A stretch of DNA of 63,924 nt, filler included, from Lenisia limosa (GCA_001655205.1; 13 parts of 13 records of this genome joined end to end with filler, not necessarily neighbours in it), one strand, 5' to 3'; positions 12,023 to 24,800 are shown, numbered from the whole stretch's first letter. Notes: generated from the sequence alone by a model not told the origin. Made by a program: numbers and translations.

Positions 12023-15000
12023 ATGTTATTATTATACCGAGCAGCGTTGCTCCTTAGCCTTGCAGTGGTAGGGGCGGCTTGAGTGTAGAAGACCTTTGTG
12101 GCCTCACTTGTTGTTTGCTATGCTGTTATTCTATTTTTGCTTTATTTTTTGAGTTCATGCGTTTCACGAATGTAATTCTGAGCTTTTTTTTGCGTGTTTC
12201 ATTATATAGGCTGTTTTAGCCGCCGATCCACAGCTGCTGTCTAAGAATATCTCTTTCCAGAAGACCAAGGTTTGCTTGAAAGCTAAAATTCAATTTCGAT
12301 TCTGTTAGAATTGTTAGCTCTTCTATCCGTATCCAAGGCATTTCTATAACTTTTAATGGCTGTATGAGAGTGTGACCGTATGAGACCGTATGAGACTGTA
12401 TGAGAGATTTGCCGACACTTCAGATCCACATCCCGATTTGTAGTCCCATTGATCTCTTCAGATTCGTCTTGATGGCAAACAGTCCTACGGAGATGACGTC
12501 ATTGCTCTCATGGAGTTGGAGTTTGACCAAGGTTTGGGGCACGTTTTCCCCCTGACCAGAGTGATTGGAGCGGGGAGGAATATATTCCTCCAATATTGGC
12601 GGCTGAATCAATGGTACATCAAGGAACATCCGTCTTGCTTTACCCCTCCCCCCACCCCGTAGATGTTCGTCTTGCTGGAAGCGCTCTTGACCAGTCCGAA
12701 GCCGAGTTCACTGCTCTTGGTGGGTATGGCCAATGTTATGCTCAATGGGAGACATCTTGCTTTTTCTAACTTGTCAGGGCTTGGCAAGTCTCTCTTGAAG
12801 TCTCAAATCGGATCTCTCAAAGTAGGATTTATGGAAGGCGTGAGGTTGCTTAACTTTCGTACGCTGGAGTGATGGGATGTGGTACTGCAGAAGCGTCTGG
12901 CCTGGGCTGTGTTTGTTTTGTTGTTATCAACCCTCGTGTGTTGAGAGTTGATTTGGGTTTTTTTATTTCATAAATTTTCCAACTTTACTCCCCCTCCCCC
13001 CCGCGTCAAAATGCTGATTTTACTTCTTCAGTGCGGTTCAGCCTTCATCGATTCGACCCCTGATGCTTTTAATGACAACCCAAAAAGCCTCTTTGTCCTC
13101 CCCACCACGGACAACTCTTTTGTAGACGCCATGAACGTCTTAAGCGGTGAGGGGAGGGGAGGGGGGATTCCTGCTACCCGTTTGTGCAACTAAAGTGTTA
13201 AAGCAATGTGATTTGAAAAGATTTGAGGAAAATATACTAAAATTCTTACCATCAGGTGTACCAAGTGGCCCTCTTCTTGTCAAGAACAACAAGGTGACCA
13301 TCGCCTTCTTTACGGAATCGCCCCTTTCAATCAGCAATGACAACAGCAACGACAGGGGCTTTGACGTCCGTGGTGGGCTGGGCTTTTGAGGGCTTCGGTA
13401 TTAAAACAACCCCCGAATCAAATATCAATTTCAGTATTAAGACCAAGTTTGGACTCTTTTAGAGGTCTTTATGGTCAAAAACGATTGATGTCGATATTTA
13501 ACAACTCTTCTGATCTTCGCTTTACCTAACCGTGTCAGACATTGTCTCCGACTCTGCCGGTTCTGGTGACGGTTCTGATTCAGGTATTTCCGGCTCCGGC
13601 TCGGACGAGACCAACACCGGTTCTCTGTTCACCTGCTTGGACTCAGGATCTCTGGAACTCACTATTGCGAGCAACTACATTAAAAATGGTGGGTCAAGGG
13701 TTCAAATCTCAACATCTGATCATTTCAGTGTGCTCTGCCCTAAAAAAGTAAAAAAAAAAATCCTCAATATATCTACCCTTTTATCCTTGTTTAACTGCTT
13801 TCAGCCCTTTTATCCTTGTTTTACTGCTTTCAGACCTTTTGTCCTTGTTTAACAGCTTTCAGTCCTTTATCCTTGTTTAACAGCTTTCAGCCCGTTATCC
13901 TTGTTTAACACATAACACTTTTAGTCCTTTATCCTTGTTTAACAGCTTTCAGTTTTCTCCTTTAACAGCTTTCAGCCGCAGGTGAGCAGTATAGCGGAGT
14001 TCTCAACTTCAAGACTTCCGAGCTTATCCAGAACATCTGCCACTCTCGCCCCGTACAGAAGTCCCTGACGGTGAGGGAAGACTTGAGCGGCACAGAGTTG
14101 TAAGGCAAATGTTTGGTGAATTATTACTATACCCTATAGTACTAAAAGTGTTAACTTCTACAAGCGTATGGTGAGGACGGCTTCGACCATAAACCACCTG
14201 TTTTTCTCTCATACACCCGTTCCATTCACGGCTCTGTAGAGGATCGAGGATTTGAAGTTCCGCCTTCTTTCCACCGAAACTGCTGCTGAATGGAGACGTC
14301 TCAACACAGCCATCCTCATCGAATACAGTGCCAAGCACTTCTCTGACTGCCAAGACGTTTTCGAGTCGTTCTTTGTGACTGTCACCGAAACTGATATGGT
14401 AGGCATCTTTACTCAGTAATTTGTCGATATTTGACTGCCGTTACAAATTAGCTTCATGGATGCGGAGGGAAGCCCTGGAAAATACACGCACTAAATATCA
14501 TATTCACAATATTAGATATATATTACTACAATATAATACATACTAACATGATATCCTATCAAATATAACTCTGTAGTACCTTGGACATAGATGCACCCAA
14601 GAATACGGTACAACATCGTACAACCAGGATCCCTGCTGTAACAAGCAACTCATGGTGCGATGGTCAAGGTTTCTTCAGCGAAACTCTTAGTGTTTCCTTC
14701 TTCAGCTATTAACCACATAAGGTTGAGCAATGCTGTGAGCCTATTTTGCTTGACAGTGAAAGTGGAGCTACCACGAAGCTCACTCTTAGCCAAGTATGCG
14801 GGGTTCAGTTCAGGTGGAAGAGCTGTGGGGTGGGGGGTATTGAGGCCTGAGCTCATTCTCCAGAATAAGGTCCACGACTCCTGCATTGACCACGCGGCCA
14901 TTTACCCAGCTATTTCTGACGCATCCCTCAATATGGAAGATAGTGATCACTGCTCCAACTTCACGGAGTATGAGGCTGCTCAGCTGGTATTTTACATTCA

Positions 15001-18000
15001 TGGTATAACTCTGATACTATCACAATTCAATGCTTTAACGAAGATTTATCATTTGCTTCGAGAGTCTACTTGCATTTCGTGAAACCTTATGTTTGCAGGA
15101 ACAACGAGGCGCTTCTTGAAGCACGTGACTGCTCGCGTGTGATCCACTCTGGTAATCATTACTGCAGCGGCGATAACCCCTGTCAATACGGCCATTGCAT
15201 CGACAACAAATGCGTTGTGCCCGAGGATGAGGTCAGGGAGGGGTCGGTATTGTCAAGTACATCGTAACAGGGACTTCCCCCCCCCCCTTTTTTTTTGTTT
15301 TATCTGACATATTTTTCACCCTCTAGATTGGCTCAGCCCTTCTGACCTGCTTGACCAAGAACATGCCCACTGACCTCCTCCAAGTCCTCGCANNNNNNNN
15401 NNNNNNNNNNNNNNNNNNNNNNNNNNNNNNNNNNNNNGCCGCCACTGCCAACGGCATCCCTGCTGCTCTGACCGCCATGTCGCATTGCTCCATCCCCAAT
15501 GATGTTGTGTAGGCTGGGGATAGTTTGGGCTTCAATTCACAAAATTGTTCAAATTTGGTATCTTTTGTCGGTCTTTTATAGATCTGGTCGTTGTACTTTC
15601 ATTCGTAGTGTTAGCCTTTTCTCATGACACAGGCCATGTGAGATTCCAGCCCATTCCGCTGCTGACTGTGACAGTGTAAGTTCCATACTATGAGTCAGTT
15701 ACCCAGGGTTAAAAGGGGTGGGGGGTCATTGGCAGCGTTTACGTTGTGAAGCCTGCAGCTATTCCTTCACCCCAGACTTTTTTTCATTCATTTACGATTC
15801 GATTATGAATAAGTAATTATTCAGAATATTGGTGGCATCTGGACCGAGTTCGACTCAGTTGATCGCTGTATGGCCTTGTTGGCCGAGCCCCTTTGCTTTG
15901 CCGCCCACGGCACCCCCTTCTTCCCCAACGGAGGTGTGTCAACCACTCTTCTTCCCAACGGAACCTTTGTGTCCACTGTATGCTGGTTTATTGATATTAT
16001 AAACAAAATAAATTTCTGTCTCACATTTGTATGACTATCGGAGTAAGGTTTTTGTATGTTCCCCAAAAGGGCTTGTTTCTTGAAAGATACCAGATGATAT
16101 AATATACGTTATAGATAGTATATGGGTATTTGATATTTAGCCCTCAGCAAGTCATAATCAAACAAGAGTTAAGTTCCCTGATGCCCAGGAAATTCTCCCG
16201 AATGAAGCGTTGTGCAACGGTATTTACGGCTGCAACTGGAGTCCCTATGGTGACGATTTCGCTAACGATGGCACTTTCTTCTCCTCCACCAAGAACACTG
16301 TTGACTGTAGAAGTAGGCTATCCTTTTCAGCCGCAAAAGCAATCAGAAAACGTATTATAGTATATTTAGTATATGATGTAATATACAGTGTAATATTTTA
16401 TGTACGTGTACATGTACATGTACAGTATATCGATATATGCATATGGTATGTATTAAACTTTTGATACAATTTACGCGCATAATATACATGTTGTACATAC
16501 ATGCCTTATCATTGAGCCCTCCCTTATGCATCGCAGATGGTCCCACTCCCAACATCTGCCGTGAAGTGGCCGATGATCACTATCTGCAAAAGAAGGTTGT
16601 GAGTGTGGTATGTGGGGCATTGATGATTGTGGTGGCGTTGATGGTTGTGGGGAACCTTTCAGAATCGCATAAGCATAACGAAATAGGAAGCTGAGTGCAG
16701 CTCTTATTCCTACGGAACTGATTGTGCTGCTGATGGTGGCACCCTGATGGACGGAACCTGCCTTTACGATGCCACCACGATTGAAACCTGCTTGGCTTCT
16801 GTTGTATGAGGGGGGGGGGGGTCCCACTCTAAGCCCTGCCAAAGCTTCCCTGGTTTTTTTTTTTAAAGAAAAATGTATTTTAGTTTTTTTTTAGTTTTTT
16901 ATATAAAGCCATCTTTATTCAATCCTGTGAAGCCCCGTATCTCACTTTAATATCTAGGGCTTCCCTACGGTCCAAAAGAAGACGGATTTTTTTCGATAAA
17001 TCCTCGATAAATATCGATATTTTACCGGTCTTTTTTGGACCGTAATCGATATCTCGTATTCATCAGCTCTAGCCCTGTGACAGCCAATACAGCTACAACT
17101 GTGATTCCCCAATGTGCTTCAGTTCCATCACTATGACGGTTTGCTCCTGTGCGTTCATAAGTGGAATCATTGTTGGCATTGGTTGAGCTTATTGTTTAGC
17201 AAAACGAATGTTTGGGATTGAACGGGCAATTCATTCAAGGAACCACCAGCACTAGCTTCTGCAAGGTGGGTCCATTTGTACAGCACAACCATCATGGAAC
17301 CAAATATGTTCTTAATTTGATTTGTGGATGCCATGCAAGATCATTAATCTGCATTGCTTTTCCCTTCCTGTACCGAAACAGCTGAGACTCTCTTATTACT
17401 CAGTTCGACTACTATCCTAGCGATTGTTATTCTCGCGGATACACATGGACCCAAGGACGTAGATTCACTGAAGCTGAACGCGCCACCAAGGTGGGCAGGG
17501 GTACGGCACACGGTATCTAGTTCACTTGAGGTACATTGTTTATTCTGTCTATTTTTCTGTTTCATGACCGCTAGGAAACCTGCGAAGTCTCCGAGTGCTC
17601 CGTCTCCGGAACCGGTGTTTGTGAAGAGAGAGGCGAATGCTCCATCTCCTGCCAAACGTGGGTGGCTTTTTACGTGTTCATTTTTGAGTCTCTTCCATTT
17701 ACTTTTTCCCTCTGGTATCATCTCAAAATTTTGAGTTAAAATATATTTAGAATATTGAACAGCTTTACTCCTCATGCCCTACACGAATATATATGTATTT
17801 CTCATTTACCTTCTTCTAATATATCGTGATAATTCACTATTTTTCCCAGCACTCACTCTTTTAGATGCCAAATTGAAGACAATGATGCCCTCTGCTTGAC
17901 AATGGAGGTAGGCAATCATTGAAGAAATGACGGATTAACCTCTCAGTCCTCTTGCGACTACAGCAAGGAAACGGGTAATCCCGAGTACGTTGGAGGAACG

Positions 18001-18364
18001 GCTGCAAATTACAACTGTCTCTACACTAAGCTCAATGAAACCGTGGGTGACTGGGCCTGTTTTTATCACGTTAATTGCTGAGAAGAGGCCTTTTCCAGTA
18101 CCTTGTTGTATTATTTGAAATGAAACAACCTATGTGACTTTTGTAAAACTAGAGATAATTCTATTTGGTATAGGTTGTATTGAATTACGTTGCAATGTGA
18201 TAATATATATCATAGATAAAATACTATATGTATATATAATGTAATGTGATAATATATATGCTGCTCCGCAATGTGAACTTAACCCTTTTTCTTTGGCTTT
18301 TTTTGGCCTGGGGTGTATTTTGTGTCTTTCGTTTCAAATTATCCTTCAACTTTCTGATCCCGCC
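12023..18364 (+). CDS. Very large cysteine-rich secreted/surface protein, over 20 exons (3' partial at scaffold end)
   Basis: ATG at 12023 begins a signal-peptide-like MLLLYRAALLLSLAV. Many Cys-rich exons follow (YNQDPCCNKQL; CSGDNPCQYGHCIDNKCVVP; CNGIYGCNWSP; CYSRGYTWTQGRRFTE; CEVSECSVSGTGVCEERGEC), each with GT/AG boundaries. Confidence 0.65.
12859..13002 (+). repeat. Family Y repeat, full-length copy ending in a C run ~29 nt before the probable acceptor
   Basis: GTACGCTGGAGTGATGGGATGTGGTACTGCAGAAGCG...CAACCCTCGTGTG...GAGTTGATTTGGG...TTTCATAAATTTTCCAACTTTACTCCCC. Confidence 0.85.
13776..13975 (+). repeat. Intronic tandem minisatellite, ~7 units of ~28 bp, each ending in TTTCAG or TTAG
   Basis: Unit CCTTTTATCCTTGTTTAACAGCTTTCAG, directly upstream of the acceptor at 13981. 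Confidence 0.85.
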
Positions 18365-18464
18365 NNNNNNNNNNNNNNNNNNNNNNNNNNNNNNNNNNNN
18401 NNNNNNNNTTAATTAATTAANNNNNNNNNNNNNNNNNNNNNNNNNNNNNNNNNNNNNNNNNNNN
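18365..18464. other. Artificial scaffold spacer (44 N + TTAATTAATTAA + 44 N), first of 12
   Basis: Identical 100-bp spacers at 18365-18464, 29374-29473, 30723-30822, 33178-33277, 40618-40717, 41904-42003, 48752-48851, 51837-51936, 55463-55562, 57747-57846, 60160-60259 and 62779-62878. The 12-mer gives stops in all six frames. Confidence 0.95.
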
Positions 18465-18479
18465 GAAGAAGTGGAATCG

Positions 18480-21400
18480 AAACATTGTGCTTTCAGTAAC
18501 CCCAAAAAGATTTCAGCAGTCTTTTAGAAGTAGAAACACATAAAAACGTGAATGGTTCATTTTTATACCATGTAAGAAGTGAAGCCGTACCTACCATAAA
18601 TGTAATGTAGTGTTCGGATTCGGTGCATTGGGCATAGAGGTAGGGGTAGTGGAACTAAATAGTTAGCAAAGAAGCCCCATGATATCGGGTAGAAGGTGCC
18701 CAATGGTGTTCTGAAGAAATGAATTTTGATAAGTAAATAGGGCTTCACTTCGGTTCGAAAGAAGACTGAATTTCAAGATAAATCCTCGAAAATTATTGAT
18801 ATTTTCCCGGCATTTTTCGAACCGAAGTGAAACCCTATTAATAACTCCTGAGTTCTCAGAACAACTGAAGCGTAATAAAGAACCGAGAAGGTTAGCAGTA
18901 GTCTCTGAAAAGGTAGACATCCACCACTCCACATACGCCTTCGTGTGGATGGTAGGTGAAGACGTCTTTTCTCTCGCAGAGTGACTCAAAGTTCAATTCT
19001 ACACGGTATAAATAAAAACAGAAGAGGTGAATAAATGAGAAAACCCCAAAGCAATCAGCATATACAAGAATCCAAGAAGAAAGGAAGCTGCGATTCATGC
19101 CAAGACCCCCTACGAACGGTTGTAGCTGAGCTGAGCTGGGACAATTGAGGCGGATCGGGGAAGTTGGGAGCACGTTGAATCTTCGTTAAGCTAAAAGGTA
19201 GTGAAATAAGCTGATAAAAAAAAAAATTATGAGGAGTAAACGCAGATAATCAACTCCTGGTTGTTTTACGAAATTTTTCGATATTCTTCGATTATTGTTA
19301 CGAAATCGAGTATTTCAGAAAAAGATTTTGAAAAAAGCAAAAGCATACCACTACTCTCAAGTACTTCCTTGTTGTTACGGAAGGGTTGAAGACCCCTGTG
19401 TTGAGCCAGACTTTGTTGTAGATGTTGGTGGTCAGCTGGAAGGTTATTCACAAGAAGGTGTGTTGGAAAGTATTGCGGAATCGCAAAAAAAAACTGCCAT
19501 TTTATATACGACACCATCATTTATCATTTATATACCATTTTTAATACGTTATTAAAAACAAAGAATATTCTATCAAAGAACACTATCATCAAAGTATCTG
19601 CGATGCTAACGCCGATACCCCGCCTAACCTCTTTAATGAAATGATGCTTGCCTGTTTGGGCGATATGTTGGGCTTCGATCAACTTACGGCCAATCTTCTC
19701 TAGCCACGCCTGGACCTGATAAGACAAGGGAGACCATAATGTTGAAACGACCGGAGGTGTTGAGCACCAAACCATCTTATAAGAAATAAAATTGGAAAGC
19801 CTGTATTGTAGGGCTAGAAAATTTGATTTTCAGGGGAAGGATCTCAGAACGGTTTTGGGACTACATGAAAAGACCCAATATAGTGGGAATACCATGACTG
19901 CAAAACTCCACTATGAATAGCAATGAGAAATAAAAAAAATAAGGTTGTATCTGACCGAAGCCGTCCACACCATNNNNNNNNNNNNNNNNNNNNNNNNNNN
20001 NNNNNNNNNNNNNNNNNNNNNNNNNNNNNNNNNNNNNNNNNNNNNNNNNNNNNNNNNNNNNNNNNNNNNNNNNNNNNNNNNNNNNNNNNNGTGTTTTTCT
20101 TCCTCCCACGTGACATGGCCTGGAAATGCCTTCGGTGCTCTCATGTAACTGCAGGCTTCGGGACTGGAAGTAGAGAATTCCACCTCTTTTGACATGACTT
20201 GCCAGCAGCTCGTCGGGGGATCCAAGGAGGTTGCTTTGGTTCTGAAGAGTGATGATGGTGATGAGAAGGATCACAACGATTATGGTTATTGATCACGGTG
20301 ACTATACCGAAAATGAGATGAATTAGAACAGTCTTCGAAAACAAGCAAAGTACTATACAAGATATGGAAAAAGTGCCCACTTTGGATGTGCTCTGTGACG
20401 TCAACTTGAATTGCTGAAGAGTGGCAAGGTTCTTTTGTTGGTTTTGCTAAACACGGTTATAATCAAGTTCAAGAAGAGGAGGATAAAAAAAATATACTAC
20501 TATATACTATGTACTTTTTCATATGGATGTAAAATATATCACATCAACTCTATTTGAGAAATATATGTATGAGGATTGAAAACAACAAAACCTTCAGTAA
20601 AAAAAATAAACATCCAAAAATAGAGCTGCTTTCATGGAAACAATCCAATCCTGATTCAGTGAAGGTTGATTATTGGTTCATCATATTGCCAACACTTTTT
20701 GCCATACATACAATGTACAAAGCCTTCACCCCTTACTTTTTCAAAGTGCTTCATAAGAGTCTCTTCTGTTGCAGTCTAAAATGTTACTTTCAACAGTTGT
20801 ACGGATAATGATATAGTAATTATATACTTTACTACTGCTATAAAATATAGTATACTATATTTTCTTTGTAATATAGTAAATGATATACTACTATGATATT
20901 AACTGATTAAAAGCTTCTCACTCCACCACATTTAAAAAGAAATACAAAAATTACAACAGAGCCCCTCATACCACATTCACAAGCTCCTCGGCGGTTGGTC
21001 TGAAGGAATAAAAAAAGGAAATGTATATGGGTGATAAAGGGGCTGCTACGTCCCATTAAATACTTAAGACAAAATGTCTTCAGACAGTTGGCAGGTAAAT
21101 GAATCCGTAGAGATGATAATGATGCTAGAAGGAAGGTGGAAAGAAGCGGGCATCCAGTAGCTCACTGGTGGGCTTCGAATCGTTGGTGTTCAATCGTAGC
21201 GTTTTCGCAAAGTTGCAACTAGAAGACTGTGAGATGGAGTCTCAAGACCGAAGAGACTATTGTCATCTTACACTAATGCAAGTTCTTGTAACCAAAATCG
21301 ACAGGTTGAACTCGTAATAAACAAAAGTCTGAATTCCCTGTTTAAACCGAGGGAATTATGTAATCATTAAGGACCCTACCCAGTATATGTATTACTGTAT

Positions 21401-21545
21401 ATCCCTAGATTGCATTATTGCTGTCAAAAAACAAAAAAAAACGAATTTTTCAGCCAATGTTCAGCCAACCTCTAGAGGGTCAGTGGGAGGGTAGGGAAGC
21501 GCGTTCTCAGGAGGGTCGGGAACTACAAGGGCTCGGATCTTACTG
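18480..21545 (-). CDS. Minus-strand exon series downstream of the kinase domain (long kinase C-terminal extension or a separate gene)
   Basis: Exons such as IRALVVPDPPENALPYPPTDPLE, VQAWLEKIGRKLIEAQHIAQTGKHHFIKE, LTTNIYNKVWLNTGVFNP and FHYPYLYAQCTESEHYITFM. No family recognised; connection to the kinase is unresolved. Confidence 0.35.
18740..18835. mobile_element. ~95-bp MITE with ~21-bp TIRs and TA flanks (Tc1/mariner-type non-autonomous element), family M
   Basis: TA|GGGCTTCACTTCGGTTCGAAA...TTTCGAACCGAAGTGAAACCC|TA. Other copies at ~16957-17044, 21761-21856, 22888-22983, 23921-24004, 33428-33512, 37562-37634, 38170-38257, 51244-51332, 54340-54436, 54877-54952, 58641-58688, 60693-60783 and 62731-62778. 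Confidence 0.85.
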
Positions 21546-21864
21546 ACGTTCTGAATACATAAAAAATAAAATCCAAAGAGATAAAAATAAAAAAAAGACA
21601 GCAGGGGGGGGGGGGGNNNNNNNNNNNNNNNNNNNNNNNNNNNNNNNNNNNNNNNNNNNNNNNNNNNNNNNNNNNNNNNNNNNNNNNNNNNNNNNNNNNN
21701 NNNNNNNNNNATAAAAAATGTTAATGCACTGAGTCAAACCCCTGCTAATCATCACATCCAGGGCTTTCACGCTGGTTCCAAAAAGACTCAATATCTCGAT
21801 AAATCTTCCAAAATTATCGACATTTCACCAGTCTTTTTCGAACTGAAGTGAAGCCCTAGTCACA

Positions 21865-24800
21865 GCCCAATCAACCTTTTGGGCTGCCCAACAGTAGTTG
21901 CCTTTAGGGATGTTGGCAAACATTCCGCGGATTTTCCTAAGCAGTCAGAAATGACTCTATCTGACATGGAAATTATTCGCTCATAATGGCATAAATTTGA
22001 CGAAAACAGCATCCATCCCACGCGTAGTCGACAATCGCGCCGTAGTTGAGAGACCGGATGTATGTGTACGCGTCAGCAAGAGGTGTTCCTTCAATCTACT
22101 TCGTGAGAGTGTTCAAAAAGAAGTATTGCTTAAGAGGTTTCAGTGTGATGAAGTCTCTTTTTTTTTGAAAAAAAAAAACCCTAAATTGAGAGAAGAACAC
22201 TATTTACGTTAGATAATGAACTTATCCATGCGACCAATCCCACTCCCACCCCGAGAGTTTTAGGGTTTGCTCTGAGTTTCCGACAGCGGATGGTGTCGCG
22301 TTTGTGGGCGGATTGGCTGAGGTGGATACCTTGCCATGGAAGAGAGCCCTGAAGGAGTGATACGTGTCAAATTGGAAAAAAAAAAGAGAAAAAAAAGAAC
22401 TGGTTTGGTAACAAAGATTTTGACATGATGTATGACATATAACACTATAACAATGAGGGAAAAAAAAAAGTTGTATCTGGCCAAAACCGTCCACCCCATC
22501 ACGCTTATAAGAGATATTACTATAGTGTCATATTTATTCACCCAATCATTTGCCTTGCAACTCAGTGCACACAACTTTCTGCCTGCCTCCCCAAATAATA
22601 TGGCTCTGTATGCTAGTTATTAACACAGAATCATATTGAGAAATGTCACAAGGTGGTTGTCATATCCTTCACAGACCATAATCCCTGAATGTGTCTAAGC
22701 CCCCAATACCTCCAGGAAATAAGCACATATGTACAGTAGACTCTCAACATCATCTCTTGGGCCTTGCACAGATCCAAAATGCGAGGCTAGCGGGGCATAT
22801 CGCATTGCTAGGAAATTAGACCCTTCTTCAAAAACAGTGGAAATAGAGCAAGGGAAAATCAAGATCCCTTTTTTTTGGATAAGTATTGAGCTTCACTTCG
22901 GTTCAAAAAATTACTGAATTTCTCGATAAATCTTCGAAAAATATCGATATTTTATCAGTCAATTTCGAACCGAAGTGAAGCCCTGGTCAAGAACGTGAAC
23001 CCATCAAAGCTTCAACCCCGAAAGAGTATGCGATTATGTAGAAATGAGAAAAAAAATAAGGGAATATCACGTTGACGTAATTTACGAATATTCTGTCACA
23101 ACCCTCAATCGTATAACAGCCCCCACACACACTGGTCCTACTATACCCCCCCCACCTCCTAAGAAGCCCTGTCCGGTCTTGAACTCGGCCTGGGCATTGA
23201 ACCGAGCCGCAGAGCCGAAGTCGATAAGTACGGGACTCATGTCCGTATCCTTCAGCCCAATACAGATATTGTCTGGAGTAACTGCGGGGGGGTAAAACGA
23301 AGGAAATTTTGATGAAGACTATTGCCGTAAAGGTACTAATCACTTACCTTTGGGGGGGGGGGGGGGNNNNNNNNNNNNNNNNNNNNNNNNNNNNNNNNNN
23401 NNNNNNNNNNNNNNNNNNNNNNNNNNNNNNNNNNNNNNNNNNNNNNNNNNNNNNNNNNNNNNNNNNNNNNNNNNNNNNNNNNNNNNNNNNNNNNNNNNNN
23501 NNNNNNNNNNNNNNNNNNAAATGTCAATCATCTGAGAGATTAATACAAGCCACGGGAGTGCCATGAATCGAGCTAATAATGGTAACAGTGTTGCTTTCTA
23601 TCTAGTATATAGCTACCTTATGGTAATAAGTATCGGTGTTAGAAAACTCCAACTCAGCGGAAATAGCACTGCAGGCAGCCCAGCCCACCTTTCTGAAGAT
23701 CTCATACACTGTGATTCGAGGTAACTTGCTGCCAAACATTCTGAAAATAGTGAAATAATAATAGTATATATAGCTATATATATATATATGTAATATATAT
23801 AGCAATGAGAAATAAAAAATAAAATAATACAAAACATTCCGAAAGTAGTGAAAAAATGCTACACACTGTCGGGAGGGAGAAGATTGTCGGGACAATGAAG
23901 CAAAAGGTAGAGTGAAGATGAGGACTTAGGTTCGAAAAAAAGACTAAATTTGTCGACGTCTGTCGATATTTTACCGGGGTTTTTTTTTTAACTGAAGTGA
24001 AGCCCAAGTGATGATTCAAAAATCAATAAACCTCCACAAACCTGTTCAAACTCTCAAGACTAGGACCGAGAAGGGCCAAAACAATCAAGTTGTGCTTATG
24101 GAAAGATGCCGAGTAGATAGTTGAGCAAATGCCTTTCACCCCCTCCAGGTGCTCATGCCATGCTGGTTCCTTGAGGGAGTAAAATTGGAAAATTTATGAA
24201 ACAAAAAAGCCCAAACCAACTCGGCTGACAACAGTCAAGGGTTGATAACAACAAAACANNNNNNNNNNNNNNNNNNNNNNNNNNNNNNNNACGTTAACCA
24301 GACTTTCGATACTTGCTGAAGGTTTATCAAGAAATACACTCATTTAGTGAACACGGAAGGAAGCCTTGATCTGATTTTTACAACTAACCGAAGGATCGAT
24401 AAATACATACCTCACAAAAAAAAGTATCATGAAGTAATATGTTAATAAAAAGGACAAAAGAAATAAAATGAAAGAAGATGATTATTAAAACTAACCACAA
24501 CCCACTCTAAGCACGGACTTGGGACAGTACATGAATGCCGCCGGCTCAAATTTGATTGCAACAGGCTAGATAGGGTTATTGAGGCTTTGAAAGAGTATGA
24601 TTGAACAGGGGAGCATCCAGCACAATTGTAAATATATCGCAATGAGAAATAGAAAAAATAAGTATCTGTCAATATGAACAAGAAACAACATGATGACGAC
24701 ACCAACAAAGATTGAGGGTTAATAATAAGTGAGATCTTTAAACAAAAAAAAAAAATCTGGAGTGATTGGGCACAAGGTCATTACGTTCGATATCGTAGGT

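Noticed and set aside
13776-13975. Repeat array considered as CRISPR
   Set aside because: No unique spacers of regular length, the units are contiguous, the context is a eukaryotic intron, and no cas genes are present.
18409-18420. TTAATTAATTAA palindrome recurring 12 times
   Set aside because: Always centred in exactly 88 Ns; an artificial six-frame-stop linker.
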